Shown: positions 1 through 13,102 of the stretch, one piece after another
Position numbering within the stretch: the first letter of the stretch is position 1
Layout: the number at the start of each line of letters is the position of its first letter
Source: Anolis carolinensis
Lineage: Eukaryota
Direction: 5' to 3'
NCBI RefSeq assembly: GCF_035594765.1
Contig: NC_085846.1
Span: forward strand, 111,587,190 to 111,651,189
DNA length: 64,000 nt
Position numbers and translations under genes: made by a program
The notes under the pieces: model-generated
The model's database searches: none
What the model saw: the letters and a program-made list of their open reading frames with translations, nothing else
What the model was told of the DNA's origin: nothing

Positions 1-925
1 AGTTTTTAAATTTGTGTTTTTAAATACATTACAACTGTATCCTCGGTTCACTTCATTGTTATTATTATTACGTTTATTTATACTCTGCTTTTTCTCTCCA
101 CAAGGAGACTCAAAGTTGTTAAATCTGGTTTGGGAAATGCTTTCGTATGTGTGGTGTCTTCTTATTAGATAATGTAAAACTGTGCCTCAAAAAATACAGC
201 ACAGTCCGAGGCTTAGCTGAAAACATTATCATGTAAGTCTGCTAGAATCCCATCAGGACAAGAAAGGACGAGTTTCTCATTAGTGGGTGGATTCATTTGG
301 TGATATATCAGGGTGTGTGTTTTTAAGTTAATGATAAAGAGGGCCCTGTTCCCCTGGGACAGGGCAGGGCATAAATTAAAAGAAGAAAGGGCTGGCCAGT
401 GCCAAGGCCCTCTGCCGTGCTTGGATACTCTGGGCAGGGAATGAATCAGAGATCCATCTCCATTACTGTGTTCCCTTTTCAGAAAGACAAGTTAATGGTG
501 AGTGACCAGCCTTTTGTGAGGTTAGTGTTGCCGTTCTTCTTCCCAGGGATGCTGCTCAGGGCATGGGATTTGGAGAAGGGCCACCGTGCATATGGCTAAA
601 AGGATTAGCCTGTTTATGCATGCTAGGAGCCTGGAAGCAGATGGCCAATTCAGCGTGCATGCGTGTGCGCCTAGATGTGTGTGTGAGAGAGACATCTTAT
701 CACAGATTTGCTGTCTTTTGTCCTCAGTTAACTGAATTATCAGAGTTCAAAACACCCAGTTAGAAACCACACTGCTCTAGCTGTTAATTTAGGACTTGGT
801 GCTTCTGCGGGGAACTATACTACCCCAGTAAGCTAACTTACTCAAATCAGATGCTGCTCTGGAATGTGAGTGCTTTTTTACCTTTAAAGTATGACCTTCC
901 ATGAAATATTTTATTTATTTATTTA

Positions 926-1260
926 GTAAGGTAAAGGTAAAGGTTTCCCCTGATGTTAAGTCCAGTCATGTCCGACTCTGGGGGTTGGTGCTCATCTCCA
1001 TTTCTAAGCCGAAGAGCCGGCATTGTTCATAGACACCTCCAAGGTCATGTGGCCGGCATGACTGCATGGAAAGCTGTTACCTTCCCACTGGAGCAGTACC
1101 TATTGATCTACTCACATTGGCATGTTTTTGAACTGCTAGGTTGGCAGAAGCTGGAGCTAACAGTGGGCGCTCACTCCGCTCCCCGGATTTGAACCTGGGA
1201 CCTTTGGGTCTGCAAGTTCAGCAGCTCAGCGCTTTAACACACTGAGCCACCGAAGGCTCC
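926..1260 (-). mobile_element. Sauria SINE, full length
   Basis: tRNA-like head at the right end, (ACCTTT)n tail at the left, flanked by ATTTATTTATTTA duplications. Confidence 0.9.
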
Positions 1261-1560
1261 ATTTATTTATTTACAGTATTTATATTCCACCGTTAACACT
1301 CCGAAGGGCACTCAGGGCGGATCACAATGTACACATACATGGTAAATATTCAATGCCATATGAACATAAAGACAGAGACACAGAGGCAATTTAACCTTCT
1401 CCAGCTTCCAGCTTCTTGAGGCTATGCTCCATTCCATCCACAGGGGGAGCAGCTGCTTCATCATCCACTGTGACGCCGAGTCCTTGGATACTTCCTCATT
1501 CCAAATGCTGCTGGATGATTTTTATGGTGTCGTAAATTAGTTAAATTTTGTCCGCATATA
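1261..1560 (-). mobile_element. SINE-like element with an L2-type 3' tail
   Basis: Reverse of the L2-like tail (ccgccctgagt...ataaata(aata)n); same architecture as 22911-23350. Confidence 0.5.
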
Positions 1561-2645
1561 AGATGCCCTCCACATTTGCACGCTTGGGTTATTCACAGAT
1601 CTGATTAAAAAATGCTATCTCCAGGAATCTCTAGGTCCTGCAGTGCGACTCTATGGCCAGTGTCCTTCATTAATGTTGGAGGAACTATTTAGGAACACCT
1701 CTTTTGGAATCTCTAGGCCAGGCCTGGGCAAACTTGGGCCCCTCATTCTTACCTGGATTTCTAGAACATGATGCTTGCTTGCAAGAATATTTGCATGCAG
1801 ACATTTTTTCATTTAAGTAGTTGCTCATGTGTATTACCTTGTTAAAGTTCCCCAAGGGAGATGAAATCGGTTAACATAGAAATGCAATTAGTGGGTATTA
1901 AACTTTGAAGACTTCAGTGTGCTTGACTTCTACAGTCCTGTTGACTTACTAAGTTAAGGCAATTAATTAAATTAGAGATTGATATCCCGTCCTTCTAAGT
2001 ACATCCACATTATTCAGAATTGCTCACAAGACCCAAAATACCACATCCATGTTAAAATGAAACATTATAAATCCCTGAACTATATAAAGACTAGCTTAGA
2101 AGGCAAATACTCATAAATAAACTTCACCATATAAAACAGAGCAGGACATATTTATTGTTTTATTTTCCTGCCCTTCTCCCAGTGTGGGGTCCAAGATGAT
2201 GCACAAGAGAAAAACAAAATCCAGTTGAAACAATAGATGCTGCAACAGTTAAAACAATCATATTATAATATTAATTTAAAATACTTTTAAAATGAGAAGG
2301 AGGATGCAGCATGCAGCATTCTCAAATTAAAAGACCTTCTTCACGGAATAGTCAAAAGCCTGTGTAACCAAAAAGGTCTTCTCCTGCCAGAAGAAAGAAA
2401 ACAAAAAGTGATTCAGTAGTAGTAATAAAAAGAAAAGCTTAATGAACAGAAAAAGTAAAACAAATAAATTAAATATTAAGTAGCAAATGGAGTGAGAGAC
2501 AAATTGAATGATGCAAGGTTCTCCATCATTTGGGTTTGGCTATTAGAGAAGGCCTTTTTTTCATCTCCATCAGTCATGTCTCGCTTTAGTAGGGATGGAC
2601 ATAGGCCATCTTTTGCTGGAAGTGAGTGAATTAAACCATGAGTAT

Positions 2646-4047
2646 TAGGCTTGTGTATGGATTTGGATGGTCAGTTCCCTTCGGCCAGTCCGGCTTGTTC
2701 AGCTTGGCCAGATGGCCATAATGGTAAGGACTTAGCCGTCACATTTTTTGTTTATTACAGGACCACGTGGCAATCGCTCACGGCTCCTCCTCCCCTGTTC
2801 GGCACCATGCAATGTGGAGAGGCTGTTGCGTGATGCTTACATGGGGTTTCCTTGTCAACCCTGCCTGTTGGGCCAATCAGAATAGAAGAATGTGTGACAT
2901 GTCAGACGCAAGCTAAGGAAAGAGTCCCAGAAAGGATGCCATTGGACAAGTGGGCTTACACACAAAAGACCCGTCCCATAAAGAAATTGTAATACAGCTT
3001 AACAGCAGCAATGTAACTCAGCAGCGGATAGCAAATGACCAAAAGAACAAAAACAGACAGACCAGGTTAATTTGTCTTTCACTTCTTCTGGAAGTTTTTC
3101 TTGTTACAAAAATAACATTCTTGAAGTATTTACAAAATATGGTTTCTTCTAACATAAATAAAGTTCATTATAAATCCATAAATCCAATGACTTATATTCT
3201 CTTACACAATCCAAGGCTTTATCTTCTTTCTTCTATCTTCTTATTGTGGACAACTCAAACTACTAACACAGCAACTCATTCATTCATCTTTCTCCGTCTC
3301 CACCAGCTACTCCACAGCTCGTTCACACAACTTTACAGACACACCTGCATATAACCATCTGCTTGGAGCCTCCGGTGGCCTAGAGGATAAAAGCCTCGTG
3401 ACTTGAAGGTTGGGTTGCTGACCTGAAAGCTGCCAGGTTCGAATCCCACCCGGGGAGAGTGTGGATGAGCTCCCTCTATCAGCTCCAGCTCCATGTGGGG
3501 ACATGAGAAAAGCTTCCCACAAGGATGGTAAAACATCCGGGTGTTCCCTGGGCAACGTCCTTGCAGACGGCCAATCTCTCACTCCAGAAGCAACTCCGGT
3601 TGCTCCTGACACGAAAAAAACCCACCTGCTGGTATAACTGAGTCACTGTACTGTTTTAACCCTTTCAGTGCCTTATCCAACTTTTGTAATTAAAAATACA
3701 TTGTTAACTTTCAATATTTCTGACAGATGCTTACTTAACCCTGTTCTTCAAGCCCAGACTCCTTTGAAAGGAAGATGGGAAAGGGGCCCAGGAAGGATGC
3801 TTCCTTAACCCTGTTGCTCCAACACAGACTCACTTGAAGGCAAGATAAGAAAGGGTTCCAGAAATGGAAAGAGGAGTCTCATAAGTTCCCCATTGCCGAC
3901 AATGAGCCAGATCTTTCGGCTGCAGACCAAAAAAGGGCTATTTGACAACCTGCTCATTTTCAGGAGATGTGCAAAAACGGATCCGTAGGTCTCCCAGAAT
4001 TGAGCCAGCAGAAACTGATTGAGGTTCAGCCGAAATGCAGAAGCTTA
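2646..4047. mobile_element. hAT-type non-autonomous element carrying nested insertions
   Basis: Termini TAGGCTTGTG...GCAGAAGCTTA, imperfect 8-bp TSD ATGAGTAT/ATGACTAC, both ends homologous to 16689-17177. Confidence 0.65.
3365..3620 (+). mobile_element. tRNA-derived Anolis-type SINE
   Basis: GGAGCCTCCGGTGG head, B-box GGTTCGAATCC, 3' end TCCTGACACG(A)n. Confidence 0.85.
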
Positions 4048-4185
4048 ATGACTACTAGTTCCATGGACATATACGATATATTAGGGAATGTGGTGTTTCT
4101 TATGGAAAGAGACAAAGCTATTTAAAGCATTAAAGGTAACTGGCAGCATTTTGAATCATGTTCATTAACTGGAAACCAGTACAGG

Positions 4186-4480
4186 TATTTATTTATTTAT
4201 TTCCATCATTTCTATCCCACCCTTCTCACCCAAAGGGATTCAGGGCGGCTCACAATCTGGCAAAATTCAATGCCAATATACAATACAAAAAGATAAAACA
4301 TAAGCAATTAAAACAATTCGATAATTTAACAAAATACAATAAATAGATTTAAAACCATACATTATAAAATACTTGAGCCATTCGTCCACAAGACCTTATA
4401 CATAAACCTTAATCAGGACCGAGTCGAGCCAACAGAATTCACTCATCAAACGTATGATGAGGTATGATGAGATGGGTGTG
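4186..4480 (-). mobile_element. L2 LINE 3'-end fragment
   Basis: (TTTA)n followed by the reverse complement of the tail seen at 14490-14560. Confidence 0.6.
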
Positions 4481-5944
4481 GTATATTCCTTGTAGCTGCA
4501 TTTTAGGACAGCTGAAGCCTCCACACATTCTTTAAAGGTAGACTTATGTGTAATAGATGTAACCCACTGGATGTGCTCCACTGTCTCAAGAGATCCGTTC
4601 TCTGGAAGCATCCTAAAGTTCTGCAGAGTTAGTAGCCACTACCATTAAGTCCAAATGTAGGAGCACTTCTGCCTAATGAACCTCATTCTTTATGGGGAGT
4701 ATTGTCTCATCAAATACTACTTGTATCAGTATTCTAAGTACATTCCTAGCAAGCATATTCTTGAGTGAGGTCTCATGTTTTGTATGGAGTGCCTATACTG
4801 CAGGAAAAAGCATTCTTTCTACCCAGATGTCCAAAACCGTACAGGGCTTTTAAAGGTACTTTGACTTGAGTCCAGAAACAAGCAGACAATTTGGCGAAAT
4901 GTGAGTTCATACTCCTAAGAGATGACCGATGGGTGAAAATAGTAAGACAGGTTTTTGGAGGCTTGAAAAGCTTGATGGAAAAGATGGTTTTTTGTGGAAA
5001 CTCTAGAAGGAGATGAAGATAGTGCTACTTGTTTTTCTTGGAAATGTTCCAGGTGTAAAAGCAGTAAGAGGAGTTACTATAAGAAAGCAGAGGCTTTTTG
5101 GGGAGGAAAGAATAATACAAAGGACAGGATTATAACAGGAAACAATAGGAAATAAAGGTAGCATGGATACACTTCCAAAACAAACAGTCATCAAATGTCT
5201 GGCTTCCTTTCTCTCTTTCTGTGAATGCCAGTACTATTGTAGTAAGAACAATTGCTGGACGTTTCCTGTTGCGATGTGGTTGTGTTAACATTCAAAGCTA
5301 ATTGTATGATATTCTTTGGGGGTTTTTCAGAATTTGCCACTGGAATGTGGAAGCTAAGTGCTCGAGGGTCTTCTTTTACTCAATTTGCGTCTTTATCCCT
5401 CTCCAAGAATTTCAGGAATCCCTCGGCTTCCTTTTGGACCCCTTGAGGCCAGTGTGTCCGGACAAAAGCTTGACTTTGCTGTGCTTCCTTTTTCACTCTG
5501 GTCCCTTGTTTTCTTTTAGCCCAAGGTGAATTTCACTTGAAAGAGTCTTGTGTGAGGAGGTGTTACAAAAAAAAAGTCTCCAGGGTTTGATTGAAGTCCA
5601 TCCTTGCTTTTTTATGGTAGCAAAATTGTTCTCCTTTTCAGAAGCGGGGACAAAAGTGAGCAAGATTCTCTTTGGTTGATGATTCCCAGAAGGTTCAAGT
5701 GGTTTGATTAAAGGAAATTCCAAAACCATGTTCTAGGTTCTTGGCTGGTGACCTTTGCTCTTTCTTGTGGTGGCAGTTTTCATCCCATCCTCAGAAATAC
5801 GCTGCTTGCAATTCTGTCAACTCAACTTCACATGCTTTTTCTTATCTGTGCTTTTTTTTTGTCCATTGCCCATTTGATCCTGTTCCTTCAGCCAAACGTC
5901 ATCCAAGTATGTTGGGCTCACAACTCCCATCATCCACACCAGGG

Positions 5945-6839
5945 AGGTTATATCTGGACAGCGCTAAGGAGAAGGAAATGCTGTCTTAGGAAATTAGATC
6001 TTGATGTAGGGCAGACAATTTCATCCTGGATGTTCTGTTTTTCCTCCACCACAGACATCCCAGTGTTTCTGACTATCCATTGTTGTGGAATTTGCATGAC
6101 CCTGCCCACTGCCTCTCCCTTTACCCTTTCCTATTCTTTTCTTTGGCACACAGCAAACAGAGGAATTGATCAGCAACTGAGCATACTAAAGAGGTTTGGG
6201 GAGAATTCACCATGATTTCTAGGAGTTGTAGGTACTGGGGTGTATAATCCACCTGCAATCTAAGAACACTAACTTGGCACACAGATCCCCCATGACCAGC
6301 AAAATACTGGAGGTCTTTGGAGGGATTTATAGGAGTTGTAGTTCACCTACAACCAGAGTGCACGATGAACCCGAACAATGATGGATCTGGATCAAACTTG
6401 GCATGCACGCCCAATGTGCCCAAATTTGAATATCGGGTTTTGAGCAGAATTGGCCTGGGCATTTTGTAGTTATAGGTACTGGGATTTATAGTTCACCTGC
6501 AATCAATGGGCACTTTGAACTCCACCAAAGGTGGAATTGGACCAAACTTGGCATACAGAACACCCCTGAACTAACTCAACCTACTGGAGGGGTTTGAGGG
6601 GACTGACTCACCATAGTGGGAATTGTAGTTTACCCTACAGCCAGAGAGCACACTGAACCCCATCGATGATGCATCTAGAACGAACTTGTCCAACAGAACA
6701 AACTTTTAAGTACTGATTGAGTTTCTCTGGGTTTACTTGGCATGATGTCAGTTGTAGTTAATCTACAACCTTATGCATTTTGTCCAATTAAAATTTGACT
6801 TTTTCAAATTACCCGGGCAACGCCAACTACCCAAGTTAG
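5945..6839 (+). mobile_element. Degenerate non-autonomous Helitron-like element with internal ~125-150-bp repeats
   Basis: 3' end TACCCGGGCAACGCC..TACCCAAGTTAG|T (decayed hairpin plus CTAG-like end); repeated AAACTTGGCA units; 5' boundary approximate. Confidence 0.55.
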
Positions 6840-7966
6840 TAAATAATAATAACAACAACAACACCAATAACAACAACGTTAATGTATAACAACAAATAAT
6901 GTATTCCAGGACGCATTCTCCTGGTTTGCAGTCTGCTGTTTTTTAAGATAGTACTTAATCTGTATTTTGTGATTTTGTATCTTTTTTTTTTTTTTACTGT
7001 GAATGGCCTCGAGTATACATCAATATAGTAATGTGTCTTTTTTTTTTTAAAACCCTATCCAGATAAATATATAATATATAATGCCAAGGGCTCATATTGC
7101 ATTTGAATGTTCAAAATGCTTTACATAATTATCCACAGGCTAAAACAGACATAATAGGAAAAGCAGCAATTGGTATAAATGTTCAGCATGTACTTTCTCA
7201 CACACTTATAATAAATGATGCCTCAAATGTGGTTGAATCCGGCTTATCGTTTGGAAATGAGATAGCGCTTATAGTTAAAATGCATTTGAACCTGACAGGG
7301 TGCAATAAATTGCAGAGGCAAAAGAGTGAATGCCAAGGCTAAAAGACAGCAAACTGAGAAAGTGGATCGCAAATAATATTTTAGCCCCGGAACCAGCAAA
7401 TTTGTAGCTTAGCCTCATGTGTATGACAATTTAGAGTGTTTACAGATGGTTTTGCTCACAAAGGAATAAATAAACATCCTATCACCAGAGGACATGGCAG
7501 CAGCAGGTATCCCATGGGCATGCTGATCAAGTAGCTTGTCTCTATTTATTATTGCATGAATTTTCCGGGGAATAATTTATCTCCTCTGGTGGACTAAGAA
7601 GTTGGTAAACATATTAGCTACAGTATGTTCATTCATAGGTAAGGAAGATAAAATCACCAGTAAGTGAGATGAGAATTAAAGACAACAGGACCGTAAGGTG
7701 AGGCTGAATAACATCTGTTGAGTAGTGGTGTGCATTTGTATGGAATCGCTGTAAGTTTTGTTTAGTTACATTTGTTTTGTCTCATTTTCGTATTTGTCCC
7801 CATTTCCAAAAGCGGGGTGCTTATACAAATAGAATTTTCATCTCGTGCATGAAAAAAACTGAAAATTTTCTGACCATTGGTGGCAATGGGAGGGCTACAG
7901 AGGCTCGCCCCCACTCAGTTTTTTCCTTTTTATACATAAAGGTACTAGAGAGAAAAAATAATTATA

Positions 7967-8678
7967 TGAGGGTTGAATGAAAAGTAATGCCTCCACCTTC
8001 ATTATTTCGGTTTGGATGGGAATATTTTAATAAATCAAACACAGAAATAATCCTTAGAATGTGCTCTTTAACTACCACTATTCACTTTTCCACATAATCA
8101 CCAGACAATTGGCTACATTTCTGCCAATGATGAACAAGTTTTCAGAAGCCATCATGGAAGACGTCGACATCGTCTCACAGTACCTATCGTGCACAGATCT
8201 TCCGACAGACAAGCAAAGCAATAATGTGACCCACACATTCTAGCGAAATGCCAGTTATGCTTGAAATTTCTCTCTTGAGTGATACGATTGTCCTGAATCA
8301 ATCTGTCAACCTTTTGCTTGTGAAACTTGGTGGTTGCTGTCACAGGATGTCCAACTCTTTGTCATGCAAGTTCACCCAATGACAAACAGTACTCACATCA
8401 ACACAATCAACATAAACAACGGAAGAATCTTCTTTGGGGTGACACCTTCTCCAGTCAAGAATTCAGTGACCGCACGTTGCTTAAGTCGCATTGACCGACC
8501 ACCTCCGCAGGGTTCCATATTTCGCACTTAAACAACTCAACCATTCAGTGCTAAGGCTTCCTGCCAAATTGAACTGTAGAGGAGAGTCTATTGAACAAGC
8601 CAATACCTGCCACATATTAGTACTGCCATCTGTTGAGGAGTTATGAAGGTGGAGGCATTACTTTTCATTCAACCCTCG
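7967..8678 (-). mobile_element. Internally deleted mariner transposon
   Basis: TIRs GAGGGTTGAATGAAAAGTAATGCCTCCACCTTC at both ends, TA at the left flank. Minus-strand remnants RLKQRAVTEFLTGEG (N-terminus) and KLVHHWQKCSQLSGDYVEK* (C-terminus). Confidence 0.9.
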
Positions 8679-10232
8679 TCGTTCTCCTAAGGGCCAGTTT
8701 TGGGGAGAGACTGAAGGTTTGAATAGAGATAGCAGCCCAAAAATGTTTTGCTTTCAAAAATATATGTAATCTAAAACAAATAATAAGACTATCCTATTGT
8801 ACAGCCCAAAGGAGACGGAGGACCAAGCCAGAGGCAATACAAAAAAAGTAGATTTTCCAAGGCCAGTTATATAGAGAAAGACGGATTTGAAAACAGAGAA
8901 GGGAAGCCCAACAATTTCCTTCCTTTGAAATTTATTTTTTTAAACCAATAGGAAGGAGGAAGAAGAGGGTTTTACGCCAAGAATAAAGAAGAAAAGGCCC
9001 CCACATGCTCTCCAGCCAAACCCACCACTATCCACTTCAAAAATCCCAGCCACTTCCCTTCAAAGGAAAAATTATTTAAAAATTATTAAAATAAGCTTCA
9101 GCTTAAGCGGCTTGAGGGGGAAAAGGAAGGGGCCCGAGGCTGTTAGGAATGGTGGGAGTTGTAGTCCAAAACACCTGGACGGACGAAGTTCGCCCATGCC
9201 TGTGCTAGATGGACCAGTGGAAGGCAGATTCTTCTAAATCATAAGATTAGAAAGAGAATATCCAGGGGAATGGATTGCTGACAGATTTATTTTTACAGCT
9301 GTTTCATTAAGATCTTTTCTCCATGTCCTATAACTCATTTGTATAGTTACCAAAATCTTTGCCAGGATATGTGACTGGTTGCAATAAAGCAGCTTTCTTT
9401 TATTGTGTTTCTGGATGCATTTGGATCTTGACGTGTCTATATAGAAGACTTCATAGCAATGTTTTACACAGTCTGTCTTGGCAGCCCCAAGACATATTGT
9501 CCCATTTTGTTTCTCTTTTCTGCTTCTTTCTGCCAAGAAGACTTCCAGCTTCTATGTTTTGATTATTCAGGTATAATGAGATGCCAAAAAACAAACAAAC
9601 AGAAGTGTAGTTCTCAGGAAAGCGAATTGCTTGATGTCTGAACCTCTGGATCTGCAGGATCTTCTTGTCCTTTTACGTCTATTCTGGTCTTTCTCTCTTC
9701 TGTCCACAGCCACCCTATTATTAGTAAATTGAATCTGCAATATTGATATTTGAAAATGACAGGGAGAATAATTAAGACTACCCTTGGGGTCCAGTTGTGG
9801 TAGCTATAAAACAATTTGGGGTAGTTTTGAAGCATCTCCTCTGATAAACTCCTCCGACAGCAGTACGCGTGAAAACGATCTTGGAGTTCTTGTGGACAAC
9901 AAATTAAACGTGAGCCAACAATATGATGCGGCAGCTAAAAAGCCAATGGGATTTTGGTCTGCATAAATAGGAATCTAGTGTCTAGATTCAAGGGAGTCAT
10001 GCTACCCCTCTATTCTGCCTTGGTCAGACCACACCTGGGATCACAGTGTCCAATTCTGGGCACCCCAGTTGAAGGGAGATGTTGACAAGCTGGAAAGTGT
10101 CCAGAGGAGGGTAACTAACATGATCAAAGGTCTGGAGAACAAGTTCTACGAAGAGCGGTTTAAAAAGCTGGGCCCCGAGTCCCCACGGGGAGATGGTGGC
10201 GGGGTATAAATAAATTATTATTATTATTATTA

Positions 10233-10612
10233 TTTTATTGTATGACACAGCAAACAAGATAGACATGCTGGATTTCATATCACAAAATCACAAGTCGAAC
10301 ACTTCCCAAGTGTGATGTATTTTCGGATGATGCGTGCAGGTCCCAGTAGGGTGGCCTTTTGCAGTTGGCAGATCGTGATTTTGTCAATGCCTATTGTTTC
10401 CAAATGCCGGCTGAGATCTTTTGGCATGGCACCCAGTGTGCCGATCACCACTGGGACCACCTGCACTGGTTTCTGCCAGAGTCTATGAAGTTCAATCTTT
10501 AGGTCCTGATAGCGGCTGAGTTTTTCCTGTTGTTTTTCGTCAATGCGACTGTCACCTGGGATGGCGACATCAATGATCCAAACCTTGTTCTTTTCCACAA
10601 CTGTGATGTCTA
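10233..10612 (-). mobile_element. R4/Dong-clade non-LTR retrotransposon 3' fragment (restriction-like endonuclease)
   Basis: DITVVEKNKVWIIDVAIPGDSRIDEKQQEKLSRYQDLKIELHRLWQKPVQVVPVVIGTLG is an RLE domain; flanked on both sides by (TAA)n. Confidence 0.85.
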
Positions 10613-10629
10613 AAAAAAAAGAACAAAGA

Positions 10630-10677
<48 letters not shown>
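10630..10677. repeat. (ATT)n microsatellite
   Basis: About 16 perfect ATT units; the source of the poly-Ile pseudo-ORFs. Confidence 0.95.
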
Positions 10678-10679
<2 letters not shown>

Positions 10680-11429
10680 GTTGAGCCTGCAGAAGAGAAG
10701 GCTGAGAGGAGACATGATGAGGGCCATGTATAAAGATGTGAGGGGAAGTGATAGGGAAGAGGGAGCAAGCTTGTTTTCTGCTGCCGTGGAGACTAGGATG
10801 TAGAACAATGGCTTCAAACTACAGGAAAGGAGATTCCACTTGAACATTAGGAAGAACTTTCTAACTGTGAGAGCTGTTCAGCAGTGGAACTCTCTGCACC
10901 GGACTGTGGTGGAGGCTCCTTCTTTGGAGGCTTTTAAGCAGAGGCTGGATGACCACCTGTTGGAGGTGCTTTGAATGTGATTTTCCTACTTCTTGGCAGA
11001 ATGGGGTTGGACTGGATGGCCCACGAGGTCTCATCCAACTCCGATTCTGTGATTCTAAATCTTTTTAGGACTTTCATTTCTGAACCTGTATGTTTTTGTT
11101 CAGGTTATAGAATTCCATTGTATTTCACAGTCATAGGAAAGTTGAAATAGTCTTCCAGACTGAAATAGTTATCTTTACAAGGCGTGAGGTTTACATTTGT
11201 CCATCCCCATTGTTTCTCTGGGACTCATTGGCCTTGCTATGTGCCCTAGTTTCAAAGGTTGCAACAAAAGAACTGTGAATCGTGCAGAAGTAAAGTGGCC
11301 ACTCTCTTTGGAAGGCAGGCAATTCTGATCCATCTGTACATTTGGAGGGAGTGAATGTTACAACTGTATTGAATGAAGGAATGCAACAGAAGTGCATCTC
11401 AACACAGATCCAAATGAATAAGTTTAAAC

Positions 11430-11553
11430 CAGGCATGTGCAAACCTTGGCCCTCCAGGTGTTTTGGACTTCAACTCCCATAATTCCTAACAGCCAAGGAA
11501 TTACGGGAGTTGAAGTCCAAAACACCTGGAGGTCTGAAGTTTGCCCATGCCTG
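11430..11553. mobile_element. Palindromic hAT MITE (CAGGCATGGGCAAACT family)
   Basis: The whole element is an inverted repeat. Confidence 0.85.
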
Positions 11554-12967
11554 GTCTCATATCAAAAAGTCCTGACATTTGTCAGAGTTACACATGTTCA
11601 CATATATTTTTACAACACAAGCCAAAAACCTTAGATCACCATTATTGGAAGGCTGGCTAACTTCAAGACAAATATCTACTTTTAGGGACTATCCAATTAT
11701 CTGCCAGGAATAATAACTAAAGTGCCTCTGAGAGATAACAATATGACTTCAGTTGACAGTAAACTGATGAATATCTAGTTTTTGACAGTGGTTTTTCCTT
11801 CTCTGTGTGGAGATGCCAAGAACTGAACCCGTCCAGACTGTCCTGAAGCTGCAGGATACGCTGGCATTTCCAGCAAACTTTGGAGCAAACTTTGGCCAAA
11901 GTGGTTCACAGACTCTGTCTCTACTTTAATAATGCTGTTGACCACCAAAAGAAGTATATATTCTTAATTATTCCTTTAATTCAATTCATTATGGTCAGTA
12001 GAATTGGTCACCTTGGCAGGTTGAATATAAATGCTGTAGTATTGAAAAGGCTACAACTGTGTTTTCCCCATTACATTTACTTGGAAATCAAGGCAGAGAA
12101 AAACCTGTGGGAGTTTCTTAGATATTACTGTAAAGGAAATACCAATTTCAGGGTATCATTGTATAACACAAACTTGAATTCAATAGCATGTCCCATTGCT
12201 TCATTTTGAATCTTCTATCTGCTGTTAAAATTGCAGAATCCGTGGATTTGAATGTAGCGCCTGTTTTTACTATTGCAATCCCCTTTTTACAGGACCGTTT
12301 GTTTGCTCTCTTTGCCTTGTGAAATAAAACAAACCGTCTTATTCCTTGAGTATTCAAAGGAATAGAGTTTTGACCTCATCTTCCCACCAAACCAAGCTGC
12401 TTGTAATATGTCTTCTTAAAAGGTAATTTTCTTTGTTTCTGGGAGCTCATTTTACAAACAGCTTGGGAGAAGGAAAGTAATAAAGATCTTATTCCTGTTG
12501 AATAATTTCTTTACCTCTAATTGACTTAAACTGAAATTAAAAAGGAGGGGGAAAAAAGAAATAGAAGTAAGGAAGCTAAAAAGAGCCATAGAATCATATT
12601 GCATGTGAAAACCCAGCTTTAGAAATCATACAAAATGGATGTTGGGAGACCCTTAATTAACTCGTGTGAAAGGATGTCTCAGTGTTCAGTACTAATGGCT
12701 CTTTTTTTCTTAAAGAAATAGCATTCAGGCATTGCCTCCGCTAAAAAGAATGAGTCTTATTATGCATTTCCAGATCAAAGAAAGTAGTAGTGCTATTTTG
12801 TTCTGCTTTGGTGTCATCCCTTTACTTGGAATACTGTGTCTAATTCTGGGCACCAGAACTGGACAGAGAAAAATAGCAAGAAATATATTGACAAGATGGG
12901 ATGTGTCCAGAGCAAATGACCAAGATATCAAAACAATGGAAATGAAGTCTTCGAGGAAGGACTAGTG

Positions 12968-13102
12968 CAGTGGTTCTCAACCTGTGGGTCCCCAGGTGTT
13001 TTGGCCTACAACTCCAAGAAATCCCATCCAGTTTACCAGCTGTTAGGATTTCTGGGAGTTGAAGGCCAAAACATCTGGGGACCCACAGGTTGAGAACCAC
13101 TG
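12968..13102. mobile_element. Palindromic hAT MITE (CAGTGGTTCTCAACCT family)
   Basis: TIRs present; TSD GACTAGTG/GACTAGGG. Confidence 0.9.

Larger units (their letters stand above)
9856..11057 (+). mobile_element. CR1 LINE 3' fragment interrupted at 10174-10677
   Basis: CR1 ORF2 end (ENDLGVLVDNKLN...LQKRRLRGDM...) and GATTCT tail; the halves rejoin as CTGGGC|ATG. Confidence 0.9.

Noticed and set aside
3365-3450. tRNA gene
   Set aside because: The A/B boxes belong to a SINE head; no cloverleaf
4870-5900. Possible decayed L1 ORF1 remnants (also ~20520-21050 and ~21960-22640)
   Set aside because: Only compositional resemblance on the minus strand; no motif I could confirm
10275-10847. 190-aa ORF with a poly-Ile tract as a novel gene
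   Set aside because: Chance fusion of antisense CR1, (TAA)n and the R4 endonuclease fragment
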